DNA of 63,602 nt, counting the filler. It is 8 parts of 8 records of this genome, joined end to end, with 100 filler letters (N's around TTAATTAATTAA, not from the genome) between each part and the next. Parts side by side here need not be neighbours in the genome. Positions count along the whole stretch, not along the records: positions 20,055 to 39,520 come from SRR31156797_27898; 7 more parts are not named here. One strand, 5' to 3'. Of the stretch, positions 21,128 through 31,999 are shown piece after piece. A program made the translations under genes and the position numbers. Every line of letters begins with the position of its first letter. Position 1 is the stretch's first letter. The notes under the pieces were generated by a model, which worked only from the letters and a program-made list of their open reading frames with translations, was not told the DNA's origin and did no database searches.

Positions 21128-21451
21128 TTATTATGTCTCCTTTAACATATAAGCATCATAAAAAATGCTTACTTCTTTATGTTTGCATTTAAATGTTATA
21201 TTTTATAAAATTTTAATAGTGATCCAATAATATAATTACATTTGTGTATTTATTACATAATTATTCAGCTAATGCCCTATTATGAATGTATAACTTTTAA
21301 TTTTTGTCACACTCTGTGCAAATTCTCAATATATATATCATATATATCAATATTTGTCAATGCATGTGACAAATATTTGTTGTAAATATTGTTAAAAGAG
21401 TTTTTTAACCTTAAAATGATAGCAATTTCTGCTCAAATAGTTCCCGTAAGA

Positions 21452-22300
21452 TTATATCATCAGTCTTATTTTGTTTGTTACTGAATCCATAAACCTACGA
21501 ATATATCCAACAATATAATCTTCAATATCCATGTCTTTATCAATAATTAAAGGGGTTAAGTCTATAGCATAGTTAATTGCTGATGATTCATCTGTTGCAT
21601 GACTTTGTGAAAATGTAGCATTTTCTTTTCGCCTTGCAATAGCTGCCAAATCATACCTTTTGCCACCACATATCTGAGAGTCAAACACACCAACCAAACT
21701 TGATGCAATATTACTTCTTTTATCTGCATCCATAATCACTTTCTCATTATCACACACCCAGTCTAAATCACGCCATACTTCACATCCATACACTGCTTTA
21801 GGCATATGCTCACTATCTAGTTGGCGAAGAGCTTTAATAACCTTTATTGCAACACCTACATGAGTATCATGCTTATCTGCTAAATTATGTGTATATATAA
21901 TATTAGGGTTGGCAGCCAAAATTAACTGTGCAATTTCATTTATCACATCAGTGTTAGTGGAATCCTTAACATCAGAACTAGAATAATCAAGCATCGCCAA
22001 CGCTCCAAATTCTCCGACATATGCTGCCTTTTTCTGTTCTTTCTTACGTATCTGCTGCATTTGTTCATCGGAGTAGTCAGCATATATTCCTTTTCTTGGA
22101 CTTCCCGCTCCATCAGTAACTACTATACCAAAATGCCACATATCGTCTCGCCCAAAACAATCTGCTATACCCTCGTATGCCATAATCTCTATATCATCCT
22201 GATGTGCTGCTATAGTCATATGAGTTGTTCGCTTTATAGCTTTCTCTTCCTCTGTATTATCAGGAATAAATATTTCAGTTCTTTTTATATTCTGCATCAT
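21452..22300 (-). CDS. PIG-L/LmbE-family deacetylase
   Basis: AAHQDDIE, VTDGAG, RKKEQKKAA and DKHDTH motifs. Confidence 0.88.
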   Translation of the reverse strand: MMQNIKRTEIFIPDNTEEEKAIKRTTHMTIAAHQDDIEIMAYEGIADCFGRDDMWHFGIVVTDGAGSPRKGIYADYSDEQMQQIRKKEQKKAAYVGEFGALAMLDYSSSDVKDSTNTDVINEIAQLILAANPNIIYTHNLADKHDTHVGVAIKVIKALRQLDSEHMPKAVYGCEVWRDLDWVCDNEKVIMDADKRSNIASSLVGVFDSQICGGKRYDLAAIARRKENATFSQSHATDESSAINYAIDLTPLIIDKDMDIEDYIVGYIRRFMDSVTNKIRLMI

Positions 22301-22338
22301 TTATAATACCTCACACCAAATTACATATCTATATAACA

Positions 22339-23094
22339 CTATTTGGTATCAACTTGATTACGATATGTATTTGCACTAACACCAATTACTTTCTTGAAGA
22401 CTCGTGAAAAATGACCAGTATCTGCATAGCCTACCATATCACTTATATCGCAAATCCGGAGACTAGGATCTTCTAGTAACTCCTTAGCTTTTTCGACCCT
22501 AACAGCATTTAGAAGATTATAAAAGCTTTTTCCAGTGTGTCTATTTAATAATTTAGATAAATGCCACTGCGATACATAGCAATAATCTGCCAAATCCTGA
22601 AGTGATATCTTTTCCTTATAGTTCTCGTCCATATATGCTAATGCCTGACGTACAATAAAGCTGTTAGCACTGTTTTCACTGTCCTGATTTTCACGTTCTT
22701 TACTATTATCACTATTAATTTTCCTCAGATTTGCAACCATAGTAGATATAGCTTCATTAATCTCATCCATCCTGGATGGTTTCAGCAACAAACGAGTAAC
22801 ACCAAGTCGTACGGCTTCCTGTGCATACTCAAAATCTCTATAGCCCGTAAGTATAGTGACCTGCATATCAGGATATTCGCTGCGCAGTCCTGCCAACATA
22901 GTTAATCCATCCATGTCCGGCATTCTGATATCGGTAATCACCATATGAGGAGAATGCTCTCTGATTGCTCTCGTACCTTGTACGGCAGTATAGGCAGAAC
23001 TCACCACTACACAATCATATTCTTGCCACTTGACAACGCTCTTTAGCCCTTCAATTATATTGGCTTCATCATCTATAAGCACTACTTTGTACAT
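22339..23094 (-). CDS. AraC-type response regulator (YesN-like)
   Basis: IDDE, TDIRMP receiver plus AraC HTH. Confidence 0.93.
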   Translation of the reverse strand: MYKVVLIDDEANIIEGLKSVVKWQEYDCVVVSSAYTAVQGTRAIREHSPHMVITDIRMPDMDGLTMLAGLRSEYPDMQVTILTGYRDFEYAQEAVRLGVTRLLLKPSRMDEINEAISTMVANLRKINSDNSKERENQDSENSANSFIVRQALAYMDENYKEKISLQDLADYCYVSQWHLSKLLNRHTGKSFYNLLNAVRVEKAKELLEDPSLRICDISDMVGYADTGHFSRVFKKVIGVSANTYRNQVDTK

Positions 23095-23132
23095 ATTGCC
23101 TCCTGCTTATTAGTGACTTAATAATATCATAT

Positions 23133-24029
23133 TTATCCTTTTACTGCACCTACTGTCAAGCCCTTAATAATGTTCTTCTGCAGTGCAATATAAACTAATA
23201 ATACTGGTATTACAACCAAAACAACAGAAGCTGCCATCAAGCCATAATTAACCCCTGCCTGTGAATTAATTTCATTAAGAAGCAAGGTGATTGTTTTTTC
23301 CTTTGGATAGCGAAGTAAAAACATCTGTGTAAACAAATCATTATAAGACCAAAGAAATGCAAATATAGCTACCGTAGCAAATGATGGTCTGGCAATAGGC
23401 ATTATTATTTTGAAGTAAATCTTAACTATTGAGCATCCATCCATATAAGCTGACTCTTCCAATGATATAGGTAAAGATCTTATAAAGCCCATAAGTACTA
23501 TAATCGCAAACGATAAATTCCCTGCTATCTGGGGCAGTATTACTGATAATAAAGAAAGCCACCTGTTACCTGTACTAGCTATTCCCCATGCTACTTCCAT
23601 ACGAAATACTGGAATAATAGTAGAAAAAACCGGGAACATCATACTAGCAATTATTAAGCTGTGTAATATTTTTTTACTTCTAAAGCTATAGCGAACCAAT
23701 GCATATGCTGCAAATCCTGCTATCAGAATAACAACCAAAGTTACAGATATCGATACTATCAAACTGTTTAAATACGCATTAGCAAAGTCAGCTCTCTCTG
23801 AGGCTACTATATAATTATCAAATGTAAAGCTATCTGTCCAAGGAAAAGGAATAGAGAATGAATCTGAACGTATCTCCCCCTTGACTCTGAATGAATTTAT
23901 TATTACCCAGAAAAATGGATATAATGTTGTTATTCCCCATATTATCAGAACGATATATATGAAAAGCTGGGATATAGAAAACTTCTTTTTATTCTTATAT
24001 GATTTTATTTTCTCATAATAATGTGTCAT
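23133..24029 (-). CDS. Carbohydrate ABC transporter permease
   Basis: LEESAYMDG EAA loop; multi-TM; GAVKG end. Confidence 0.93.
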   Translation of the reverse strand: MTHYYEKIKSYKNKKKFSISQLFIYIVLIIWGITTLYPFFWVIINSFRVKGEIRSDSFSIPFPWTDSFTFDNYIVASERADFANAYLNSLIVSISVTLVVILIAGFAAYALVRYSFRSKKILHSLIIASMMFPVFSTIIPVFRMEVAWGIASTGNRWLSLLSVILPQIAGNLSFAIIVLMGFIRSLPISLEESAYMDGCSIVKIYFKIIMPIARPSFATVAIFAFLWSYNDLFTQMFLLRYPKEKTITLLLNEINSQAGVNYGLMAASVVLVVIPVLLVYIALQKNIIKGLTVGAVKG

Positions 24030-24043
24030 ATTCCTATCCTCGC

Positions 24044-24934
24044 CTAATAATCTTTTTGTTTAAATAAAATATTTGATACTCGGGCAAACAATACACCCAG
24101 CACTACTATCGCTACTGCTATTGTAGATGAATAATCAACATCACCTCGCAGGAAAGCCTGATTGTACATATATGTACCCATTAACCATGACCTATCCAAT
24201 GGTATTCCTGCCCCCATCATTACCCATGGCAGATCGAATACTTTGAGTGCACCTGTAATAGCTAGTATCAAGCATGTAGAAATTACATTTCTCAATAACG
24301 GCAATGTAATAAACCTTATACGCTGCATACCGCTTGCACCATCAATTTTTGCGGCTTCATACATTTCAGGTGAAATATTGCTAAGTCCTGTTACCAATAC
24401 TACAAAATAAAATCCTACATACTGCCACATAACTGGAGAAAGCATAGTTCCTAGGTAATGTTCTTCGTCTTTCCAATTAATATTTTCTGCTGTGTTAAAT
24501 AACTTTTGCAGCAATTGATTCAGCATACCGCCTTTATACAGAAATACCAGGTTAAACATTAGTCCCAAAGCAGTTGCACTTATTACTATTGGGAAAAAAT
24601 AAACTGTTCTAAATAGCTGAGCACCTTTTTTAATCCTGTCTACTAATAACGCCAGAACAAGTGCTAGACCTACCTGAATGACTATTGTTGTTCCTGTCAA
24701 TATCATTGTGTTTTTAATAGCTGTACCCATATTAGGGTCTTCTGCCATCTTCACATAGTTGCTGTACCATGGATCCAGTATTCCTTTGGAAGCTGTTCCT
24801 AACCCTGAAATATTCAAAAAACTATTTATTATATTTTGAACAAAAGGGTAATACAAAAACAATGTCAGAAATACAAAAGCTGGTATTAAAAACAGCAAAA
24901 GCGGCTTTTTATCTTTATATATTGCTGATTTCAT
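24044..24934 (-). CDS. Carbohydrate ABC transporter permease
   Basis: YEAAKIDGA loop; ITLPLL. Confidence 0.93.
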   Translation of the reverse strand: MKSAIYKDKKPLLLFLIPAFVFLTLFLYYPFVQNIINSFLNISGLGTASKGILDPWYSNYVKMAEDPNMGTAIKNTMILTGTTIVIQVGLALVLALLVDRIKKGAQLFRTVYFFPIVISATALGLMFNLVFLYKGGMLNQLLQKLFNTAENINWKDEEHYLGTMLSPVMWQYVGFYFVVLVTGLSNISPEMYEAAKIDGASGMQRIRFITLPLLRNVISTCLILAITGALKVFDLPWVMMGAGIPLDRSWLMGTYMYNQAFLRGDVDYSSTIAVAIVVLGVLFARVSNILFKQKDY

Positions 24935-25106
24935 TTTATTTCTCCACCTTCTACATATGATTGATAATCTTATACCAAATTATCAGCCGAATTTCTCGCC
25001 TTTTTAAGTTCGCTAAACCAAGGGCTATGCTCATACTACTCTTTGCATCAATATATGAACCGCACTTATTATGATTAAAAATTAGCTTAGGGAATTTAAA
25101 GAGTTA

Positions 25107-25134
25107 TGAGGGCTGCCATAAGGGCAGCCACTCA
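25107..25134 (-). terminator. Hairpin after the solute-binding gene (terminator or mRNA stabiliser)
   Basis: TGAG-GGCTGCC-ataag-GGCAGCC-a-CTCA. Confidence 0.55.
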
Positions 25135-25147
25135 TTTTTATTTTTTA

Positions 25148-26491
25148 TTATTGTCCAGAATTGATTGCTAAAGCTGAGTCAATTGCTTCGTCTATTGTCA
25201 TTTTTCCTGCTGCTATATTCTTAACATTTGAGAAAAGGTCTGAGCGTGCTTCTGAAATTAAGCTGTCTTGTACAGGAGCTACAATACCTGTTACGCCGCC
25301 TGTCATTTCTGCAGCTGATTGCTGGATTTCGTTTAGACCTGAAGGGCTTGCACCATTTTTCAGTGCTGTTACTTCAGTTGTAACGAATGTTGACAGTACT
25401 TCATCACTTGTCATATGTGATACGAAGTCAACTACTGCCTGACGCTTCTCATCATCTTCCCATGCCTGACGAGTAATGTAATATCCCATTGAGATACCAC
25501 CAATAATGTCAGTAGCTTTCCTATCGCCTTTGCCTGGTACATAGCCTAGCTTAAAGTCGCCTAAGTGATCGCTGCAGTTCTCTACGAAATAACCAACTTT
25601 CCATGAACCGTCGATTAAGAATGCTGCATCACCATCAGCTACAAGCTGTACAGTCTCTGCATCTGTTGCTGTCAGTGTATTCTCTGGTAAGTAACCTAAG
25701 TCATATAATTGCTTTAGATCCTCAAAGCCTGCTGCCCACTTCTGACCAGTTTCATCAGTTGCTGATTCAGGTATATCCAAATGATTAGCTACATTACCGT
25801 TATTGTATACTGTAAATTCAAACCAATAGTGCGGTACTTCCTGCAATGATACTGCTACAGGAGTGTAACCAGCATCTTTAATCTTCTGACAATCATCTAA
25901 GAATTGATCCCATGTATAATCAGCACCTGGTACATCTACGCCTGCTGCTTCTAATACTTTAGTATTAATGAACATGCTTTCCCAGAAACCACTTGACGGA
26001 ATAGCATACACTTTATCATTTACTGGTGATGATACTAATAGGTCTTCCTTCATGTTATCTGCATATTCTGGATATTCAGCACGGATTTCATCCAAAGATA
26101 CAACCTTATCAGCTTCAATAATTGAATTTGCATCTGCACCTAAGAAATAGAAAAGAACGTCTGGCTCTGTTCCTGTTTCAAAGTCTGTCATAACTTTAGC
26201 TTTCCAATCTTCATTTGATGTTGCTGAAGCATCAAGAACTGTATTGCCTGTTGCTTCTTCATATCCTGCTACTGCATTCTCATAGTTACTACGATTACCG
26301 TCGTCACCACCATATGAAGTTACTACAGTAATCTCAACAGGATTACTTTCATCTTTTGGTTGTTCTACTTCTTCTGTTTCTTCTGATACTTTTGTTTCTG
26401 CTTCTTCTGATACTTGTGCATCATCAGCACAGCCAGCAAATACTCCTATTACCATCACTAGAACTAGTAAAAATGTAATTAGTTTTTTCAT
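25148..26491 (-). CDS. Sugar ABC transporter solute-binding lipoprotein
   Basis: FAGC lipobox; family-1 SBP motifs (TWDQFL, AAFLIDGSW). Confidence 0.9.
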   Translation of the reverse strand: MKKLITFLLVLVMVIGVFAGCADDAQVSEEAETKVSEETEEVEQPKDESNPVEITVVTSYGGDDGNRSNYENAVAGYEEATGNTVLDASATSNEDWKAKVMTDFETGTEPDVLFYFLGADANSIIEADKVVSLDEIRAEYPEYADNMKEDLLVSSPVNDKVYAIPSSGFWESMFINTKVLEAAGVDVPGADYTWDQFLDDCQKIKDAGYTPVAVSLQEVPHYWFEFTVYNNGNVANHLDIPESATDETGQKWAAGFEDLKQLYDLGYLPENTLTATDAETVQLVADGDAAFLIDGSWKVGYFVENCSDHLGDFKLGYVPGKGDRKATDIIGGISMGYYITRQAWEDDEKRQAVVDFVSHMTSDEVLSTFVTTEVTALKNGASPSGLNEIQQSAAEMTGGVTGIVAPVQDSLISEARSDLFSNVKNIAAGKMTIDEAIDSALAINSGQ

Positions 26492-26605
26492 AGTCTTCTT
26501 TCCTCCATTATTTTATACAAGTAAAACTTATATAAAAATTATAGTTAATTAATTAGTCAATATCTATACACACCATTGTGCTTTATTGTTTGTAGTTGCC
26601 ATTTA

Positions 26606-28342
26606 TTAGTCAAAATCAACATTTGGTATGACAATTTTAGACAATACTCTGTTTTTTTTGATTTCAGTAATTGTTAATCCGCCTTCATCTCCATATAAGA
26701 TTTTTAGTCTTCGATTAACATTATGTATACCTATACAGTTTCTTTTACTTCCTTCTTTATTTTCCACATCTATTTTTAACAAATCATCTATTTTTTTCTT
26801 ATCCATTTTACTGATATGACCGTCGTTTTCCACCTCAATAATTAGATAACCATCCTCTAAAAAGCTTCGAAGCTCAATAGATCCCTTATCCTGCAATGCC
26901 ACTCCGTGATCTATAGCATTTTCTACTATAGGTTGTAATATCAGGCATGGTACTAATGCATTTAATGTATTTTCTCTAAAGTTCCTTGTAATTGTCAGCC
27001 TGTTGCCCAGCCTTTCGGATGTAATATGAAGGTAAGCATCTACGTATTCAATCTCCTGTGCCATCATACCTCTGGCACTGCCCCCTCTTGCCATTGCCGC
27101 ATTAAGCATTATGGACAAAGATTCAATCATTTTGCATACTTTAATATCATTTGCCATTCTAGCTGCCCAGAGTATGCTCTCCAAAGTATTATTTAGAAAA
27201 TGAGGATTTATCTGTGAGCGCAAAGCCATAACTCTAGCATCCTGCAATTCCCTCTGCTCTTCATAGATTTTTTCAAACTGTTTCTTTATCTGCGCAGACA
27301 TACTATTGAATCTGTTGGTTAAATATCGGAATTCTCTGCTATGAGGAACATGCTCAATAATATAGCCTCTCTCTCCTTCTTCCATCCTACCAGTGGCATC
27401 AATTAGCATGTCCATAGGATGTGATACAAAGCGGAAATACGCCAGCAATACCAGTCCCAATGCAATTACAATAAATATTACTATATACGGAAGTGCTTTC
27501 ATAAGATTAGGAAACTCATTAACCAATTGTGAGCTGTCTGAAATGATATTTAAAACAATTTTGTGATTTTCAATATTATCTGATGTTTGAATTGTATAGT
27601 ATGAATTGGAGCTGTCATACCATATTCCATCGCTTTCACTGAGTTCATTTTTGCTCCCTGGTAATACCTCCCGTGTGATACCAGACAGCTCTATACTTGC
27701 TTCCTTCAGCCAAACTACACTCCGTAAACTCTCATAAATGATAGTCTCATCACATTCCATTACTAGGACGGCATAAGGATTAAAGGACTTGTCTACTATA
27801 TTTCTAACCATGTATAATTCATCACCACTTTCATAGAATACAATACCTGTTCCTATTTCGGGATAGATTTCTACAATCTTTTTATGTATTCCGCTGCGGT
27901 AATTGGACAATCCATAATATTCTTTGGTGTTTGTTCGCTTAGTTGTATAGTAAATATTATTCGGTGAAGAAGTGAAGAATAAAAAGACAGCATTAAAACG
28001 ATCATCATAACCGTATTTCTGAAGCAAAAAATGAGTAACTGTATCATATAATACTATCTCATCCTGTGTATTAGTGAAAGAATTGTATGCATTTTCAATA
28101 GTTTCGTCATAACTTAGGGCACGAGATGCATCAATAGCTCCACAGAATCTTTCTACTGTCTGAGCAAAAGCAGTATCCACACTAGCAGCTATGGTATCCT
28201 CAATTCGGTCCTGAACATTGTGAGATATTGTATAACCAGAATATGCTACTATGACAACTACAGGTATAATCCAGCACAGAGCAATTATCATCATTAATCC
28301 CTTTTTAAGCGATAATCCTCTGCTTTTTTGAATGTTTTTCAT
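26606..28342 (-). CDS. YesM-like sensor histidine kinase
   Basis: ALRSQINPHFLNNTL and LQPIVENAIDHG. Confidence 0.93.
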   Translation of the reverse strand: MKNIQKSRGLSLKKGLMMIIALCWIIPVVVIVAYSGYTISHNVQDRIEDTIAASVDTAFAQTVERFCGAIDASRALSYDETIENAYNSFTNTQDEIVLYDTVTHFLLQKYGYDDRFNAVFLFFTSSPNNIYYTTKRTNTKEYYGLSNYRSGIHKKIVEIYPEIGTGIVFYESGDELYMVRNIVDKSFNPYAVLVMECDETIIYESLRSVVWLKEASIELSGITREVLPGSKNELSESDGIWYDSSNSYYTIQTSDNIENHKIVLNIISDSSQLVNEFPNLMKALPYIVIFIVIALGLVLLAYFRFVSHPMDMLIDATGRMEEGERGYIIEHVPHSREFRYLTNRFNSMSAQIKKQFEKIYEEQRELQDARVMALRSQINPHFLNNTLESILWAARMANDIKVCKMIESLSIMLNAAMARGGSARGMMAQEIEYVDAYLHITSERLGNRLTITRNFRENTLNALVPCLILQPIVENAIDHGVALQDKGSIELRSFLEDGYLIIEVENDGHISKMDKKKIDDLLKIDVENKEGSKRNCIGIHNVNRRLKILYGDEGGLTITEIKKNRVLSKIVIPNVDFD

Positions 28343-28373
28343 AATATGCTCCCCATAGATTATTCAATCTATA

Positions 28374-29126
28374 TTATAGCACCTGACAAATCTCATTATC
28401 AAATAAATGTGCAGCTTCTTTATCCGCAATTACTATTAAATGATTGTGTAATTGCAGTACAGATGCTGGTATCTGGGGCGTTACTCCTCCGCAGAGGGAT
28501 TTGTATAGTATTTCAGCCTTGTCTTTACCTGAAACCAACAATACTATTCTTTTAGCTTTCATTATATTTCCTATTCCCATAGTAATAGCTTTTTGAGGAA
28601 CTTTATTCTCATCTCCATCAAAAAATCTAGAATTAGCATTGCGTGTCTTTTCCGCTATCTCCACCACATGTGTTCCAAGAGTAAATTCAGTTCCAGGTTC
28701 ATTAAATCCAATGTGTCCATTGTGACCTAAGCCCAATAACTGCAAATCAATTCCACCCCAATTCTCTATCAAATCATTATAGTGCCTGCATTCTGCCACA
28801 GTATCATTACTCATACCATTAGGCAGCACATAATTTTCTGTCTTAATATTAATATAATCAAACAAATGCTTCTGCATAAAATATCTGTAGCTCTGATTGT
28901 GAGTTGGCTCAAGTCCAATATATTCATCCAGATTTACACTGCGTACCATGCTAAAGTCCACCTGTCCCATCTTACATCGCCTTACTAATTCACTATATAA
29001 AGGAATCGGTGTAGACCCAGTAGCCAGCCCTAGCAAGCTATTAGGTTTTTGTTTTATCTGCTCAGCAAATATTTGTGCACCTCTTCGTCCCATTTCTTTT
29101 TTGTCATTTACTACTATTATTTTCAT
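28374..29126 (-). CDS. nagB: Glucosamine-6-phosphate deaminase
   Basis: LGLATGSTP, NLDEY, GHIGFNEPG, AITMGI. Confidence 0.96.
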   Translation of the reverse strand: MKIIVVNDKKEMGRRGAQIFAEQIKQKPNSLLGLATGSTPIPLYSELVRRCKMGQVDFSMVRSVNLDEYIGLEPTHNQSYRYFMQKHLFDYINIKTENYVLPNGMSNDTVAECRHYNDLIENWGGIDLQLLGLGHNGHIGFNEPGTEFTLGTHVVEIAEKTRNANSRFFDGDENKVPQKAITMGIGNIMKAKRIVLLVSGKDKAEILYKSLCGGVTPQIPASVLQLHNHLIVIADKEAAHLFDNEICQVL

Positions 29127-29216
29127 TCCATTCCCTCATAATTCACACAATCACATTTAGAAAAACACCATCTCAAATTATCAGCATGATACATAACTGT
29201 TTATTCTTAACTAGCA

Positions 29217-30566
29217 CTATTTATCAATTGTCGGTAATGATGCTGCAGCCATTGATTGCCCTACTCGTCTGAATTTATCATCAGGCAATAATATATCAAT
29301 ACTTATATCATTATATTCTTCGGATAATACACGCTTAGCAGTCATATATACTGTCTCACCACCTGCTCCGCTCATAACTCTGCCCAAAAGCAATACACTC
29401 TTGATATCATAAATATCACTGTAGAATGCCAATGTATGTCCTAAGTAACAACCAATATCTGCGAATATCTGCATTGCAGTTACATCCTGCATAGCAGCTG
29501 CCTGCTGTAATGCCTTTAATTTTTGAGCTGGTGAAGTATTCGGCAGTTCATAACCAGCATATTCAGCAAGCTTAATTGCTCCGTCCTGTGAAAAGTATGA
29601 TACACCACAGCCTATATCTCCTGACCATTCATCAATAATAGCGTCTTCATTCATATCTACTGGAACAAATGCCAGCTCATTTAACCAGCCTGTTATATTA
29701 CCGTTTTTATCAATATAACCTGCTGCCTCACTAGTACCCATTGCTATACCCAAAAGAGCATTACTGTCAAAGTACATAGAACCAGCCAGTGCAGTCACAT
29801 CACCATCATTGCATACCTGTATTGGAACATCACCGATTTCCTTTGCTGCACGAATATAAATATCCCTTATATATTTATCAAAATCTTCCTCTGGTACTTG
29901 ACGGAATAACGACGCTACAGCAGTATAGTTATCCACGAAAATCCCAGCAGAAGATATACCTATAGCGTCAACTCTTGGCATTTTTACTGCTGCAGATTTT
30001 ATGCCAGATACAATACCTTCATAATGATAATCAGAGTTTTCATTTATCTTTGGGTACCAGACTACTTCCTCGGAAAACACTGTCTTTCCATCAATTACTG
30101 CCGATACTTTCCTGTCACTGCCTCCTGCATCAAATCCTATCCTGCAGCCATTTAAATTCCTGCCGATTTGCTTAACCGGTTCAGTCTGCTCCGGTTTATC
30201 AGTATAATCTCTATACTCCACCTCAAATGGCTTTCTGTAAACTTTCTCCATCATATTAGCATCAAAGTTCCTGCTGCCGCCAGAGGTATATGCTCCCTTT
30301 ATATATTCATATACATCTTTACTGCCGCAGATTATCAGCTTATGTCCGCCTTTTTGCCAAAGTAGTGTCTTTACCATACGCTCAGCAAAACGAATATCCT
30401 CTATGTCCCCTCCACGGAGCTTCAGTTCAATTACGCTTACTGCATCATTCCTCTCAACAGCTATACAAACTGGTATATTAGCAAGTTTTTCGTATTCTCT
30501 TTTATATGCACCTATAGGAATAAAATCTTTGTCAAATTTCGGCTTGTTTTTTATATCTATTTTCAT
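29217..30566 (-). CDS. Long ROK-family sugar kinase with N-terminal extension
   Basis: IGFDAGGSDRK, NDGDVTAL, GIAMGTS; likely ATG at 30564-30566 with GAGG RBS. Confidence 0.85.
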   Translation of the reverse strand: MKIDIKNKPKFDKDFIPIGAYKREYEKLANIPVCIAVERNDAVSVIELKLRGGDIEDIRFAERMVKTLLWQKGGHKLIICGSKDVYEYIKGAYTSGGSRNFDANMMEKVYRKPFEVEYRDYTDKPEQTEPVKQIGRNLNGCRIGFDAGGSDRKVSAVIDGKTVFSEEVVWYPKINENSDYHYEGIVSGIKSAAVKMPRVDAIGISSAGIFVDNYTAVASLFRQVPEEDFDKYIRDIYIRAAKEIGDVPIQVCNDGDVTALAGSMYFDSNALLGIAMGTSEAAGYIDKNGNITGWLNELAFVPVDMNEDAIIDEWSGDIGCGVSYFSQDGAIKLAEYAGYELPNTSPAQKLKALQQAAAMQDVTAMQIFADIGCYLGHTLAFYSDIYDIKSVLLLGRVMSGAGGETVYMTAKRVLSEEYNDISIDILLPDDKFRRVGQSMAAASLPTIDK

Positions 30567-30585
30567 TGTTAAAATCCTCAAAATA

Positions 30586-31998
30586 CTATAAGTTTAGGAA
30601 ATATCTCCAAATGTCTACACAATTTTTTGCATCTGATTCGTAATCCATCTCTGCATATATCCGCAGCAAAGGCTCCGTACCAGAAAAACGACAAATTACC
30701 CATCCTCCATTTTTAAAATACACTTTACACCCATCCTCATATGACACTTTATCAATATCATATGGGAACTGCGGCATCTTCTTCTCTTTAAAGAGCATAT
30801 CCATTAATACTGATTTTTGCTCAGGTTTCATCCCCAAGTCAGCATCATACATATATACATGTCCATACTGTTCCTCTATCTCACTATATATCTGAGATAA
30901 TTTTTTACCTGTCCTAGCTTCCATTTCAACTAATAACATTGCTGCATATATGCCGTCCTTGCCCAGAATATGTCCCCGAACAGTCATGCCGCCTGATGAT
31001 TCTCCACCTATAAGCGCATTCGTTTCCTGCATCTTTGATGATATATGTTTAAATCCAACAGGCACTTCATAGCACTTCTCACCAAAGCCTTCAGCTATGC
31101 GATCTAATAGATGTGTAGTTGAATTATTTCGTACAGCAGGACCCTTCCAGTTACGGTACTTCAAAAGGTAATAATACAACAATGCCAGTAATTTATTTGG
31201 ATGAATAAAATTACCTTGATTGTCTATTACCCCTATTCGGTCAGCATCTCCATCTGTTGCAAGCCCCATGTCGCAATCATTCTCAACCACAAAGTTAGAT
31301 AAAGCTGTCAAAGTCTTCAGTGTAGGTGATGGGAGTCTGCCGCCAAAAAGTGTATCATGTCTGTCATGTATCACTTCTACTTCGCACCGTGATGTCAAAA
31401 GTAAAGTCTGTAGGCTGGTACGACTCACGCCATACATGGGGTCAAGTGCTATTTTTAAACCCTTTTCCTTAATGATATCAACATCAATCAAATTCAGTAT
31501 GCTGTCGATATATTTATTAAACGGATTTATCTCCTCTATCAAGCCCTCACTTAATGCTTTATCATACGGCATTGTAGTAATGCTTTGATATTTCAGTGGA
31601 ATTATATTCTCTTCCAGCTCATCAGTCACCCTTTCAGTAGCATCTCTGCCACCTTCAGTGAACACTTTGATACCGTTATACAAAGCTGGATTGTGACTTG
31701 CTGTCACAGCTATCCCATAGGGTAATTCCATATCACGAACTGTATGCATGATTAATGGAGTTGGTGCTTCACGATTAAATACCATGCACGGTATACTAGC
31801 ACCTGCTATTACTTCTGCTGCCCATTTTGCAGCTTCCTCTGATAAAAACCTGCGATCATATCCAATGCATATTCCCCTTTTTTCCACATTTTTTGATATC
31901 ATCATTTTGCATAATGCGGCAGTCAGGAGCTGTACATTGCTCTTTGTAAAACCATCGCCGATTATTGCTCTCCATCCGCCTGTTCCGAATTTAATCAT
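30586..31998 (-). CDS. Phosphohexomutase (PGM/PMM family), probable GlcNAc-phosphate mutase
   Basis: FGTGGWR, TASHNP, DGDADR, GGESSGG, RFSGTEP; directly after the GH94 gene as in Vibrio chb operons. Confidence 0.92.
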   Translation of the reverse strand: MIKFGTGGWRAIIGDGFTKSNVQLLTAALCKMMISKNVEKRGICIGYDRRFLSEEAAKWAAEVIAGASIPCMVFNREAPTPLIMHTVRDMELPYGIAVTASHNPALYNGIKVFTEGGRDATERVTDELEENIIPLKYQSITTMPYDKALSEGLIEEINPFNKYIDSILNLIDVDIIKEKGLKIALDPMYGVSRTSLQTLLLTSRCEVEVIHDRHDTLFGGRLPSPTLKTLTALSNFVVENDCDMGLATDGDADRIGVIDNQGNFIHPNKLLALLYYYLLKYRNWKGPAVRNNSTTHLLDRIAEGFGEKCYEVPVGFKHISSKMQETNALIGGESSGGMTVRGHILGKDGIYAAMLLVEMEARTGKKLSQIYSEIEEQYGHVYMYDADLGMKPEQKSVLMDMLFKEKKMPQFPYDIDKVSYEDGCKVYFKNGGWVICRFSGTEPLLRIYAEMDYESDAKNCVDIWRYFLNL

Positions 31999-31999
31999 A

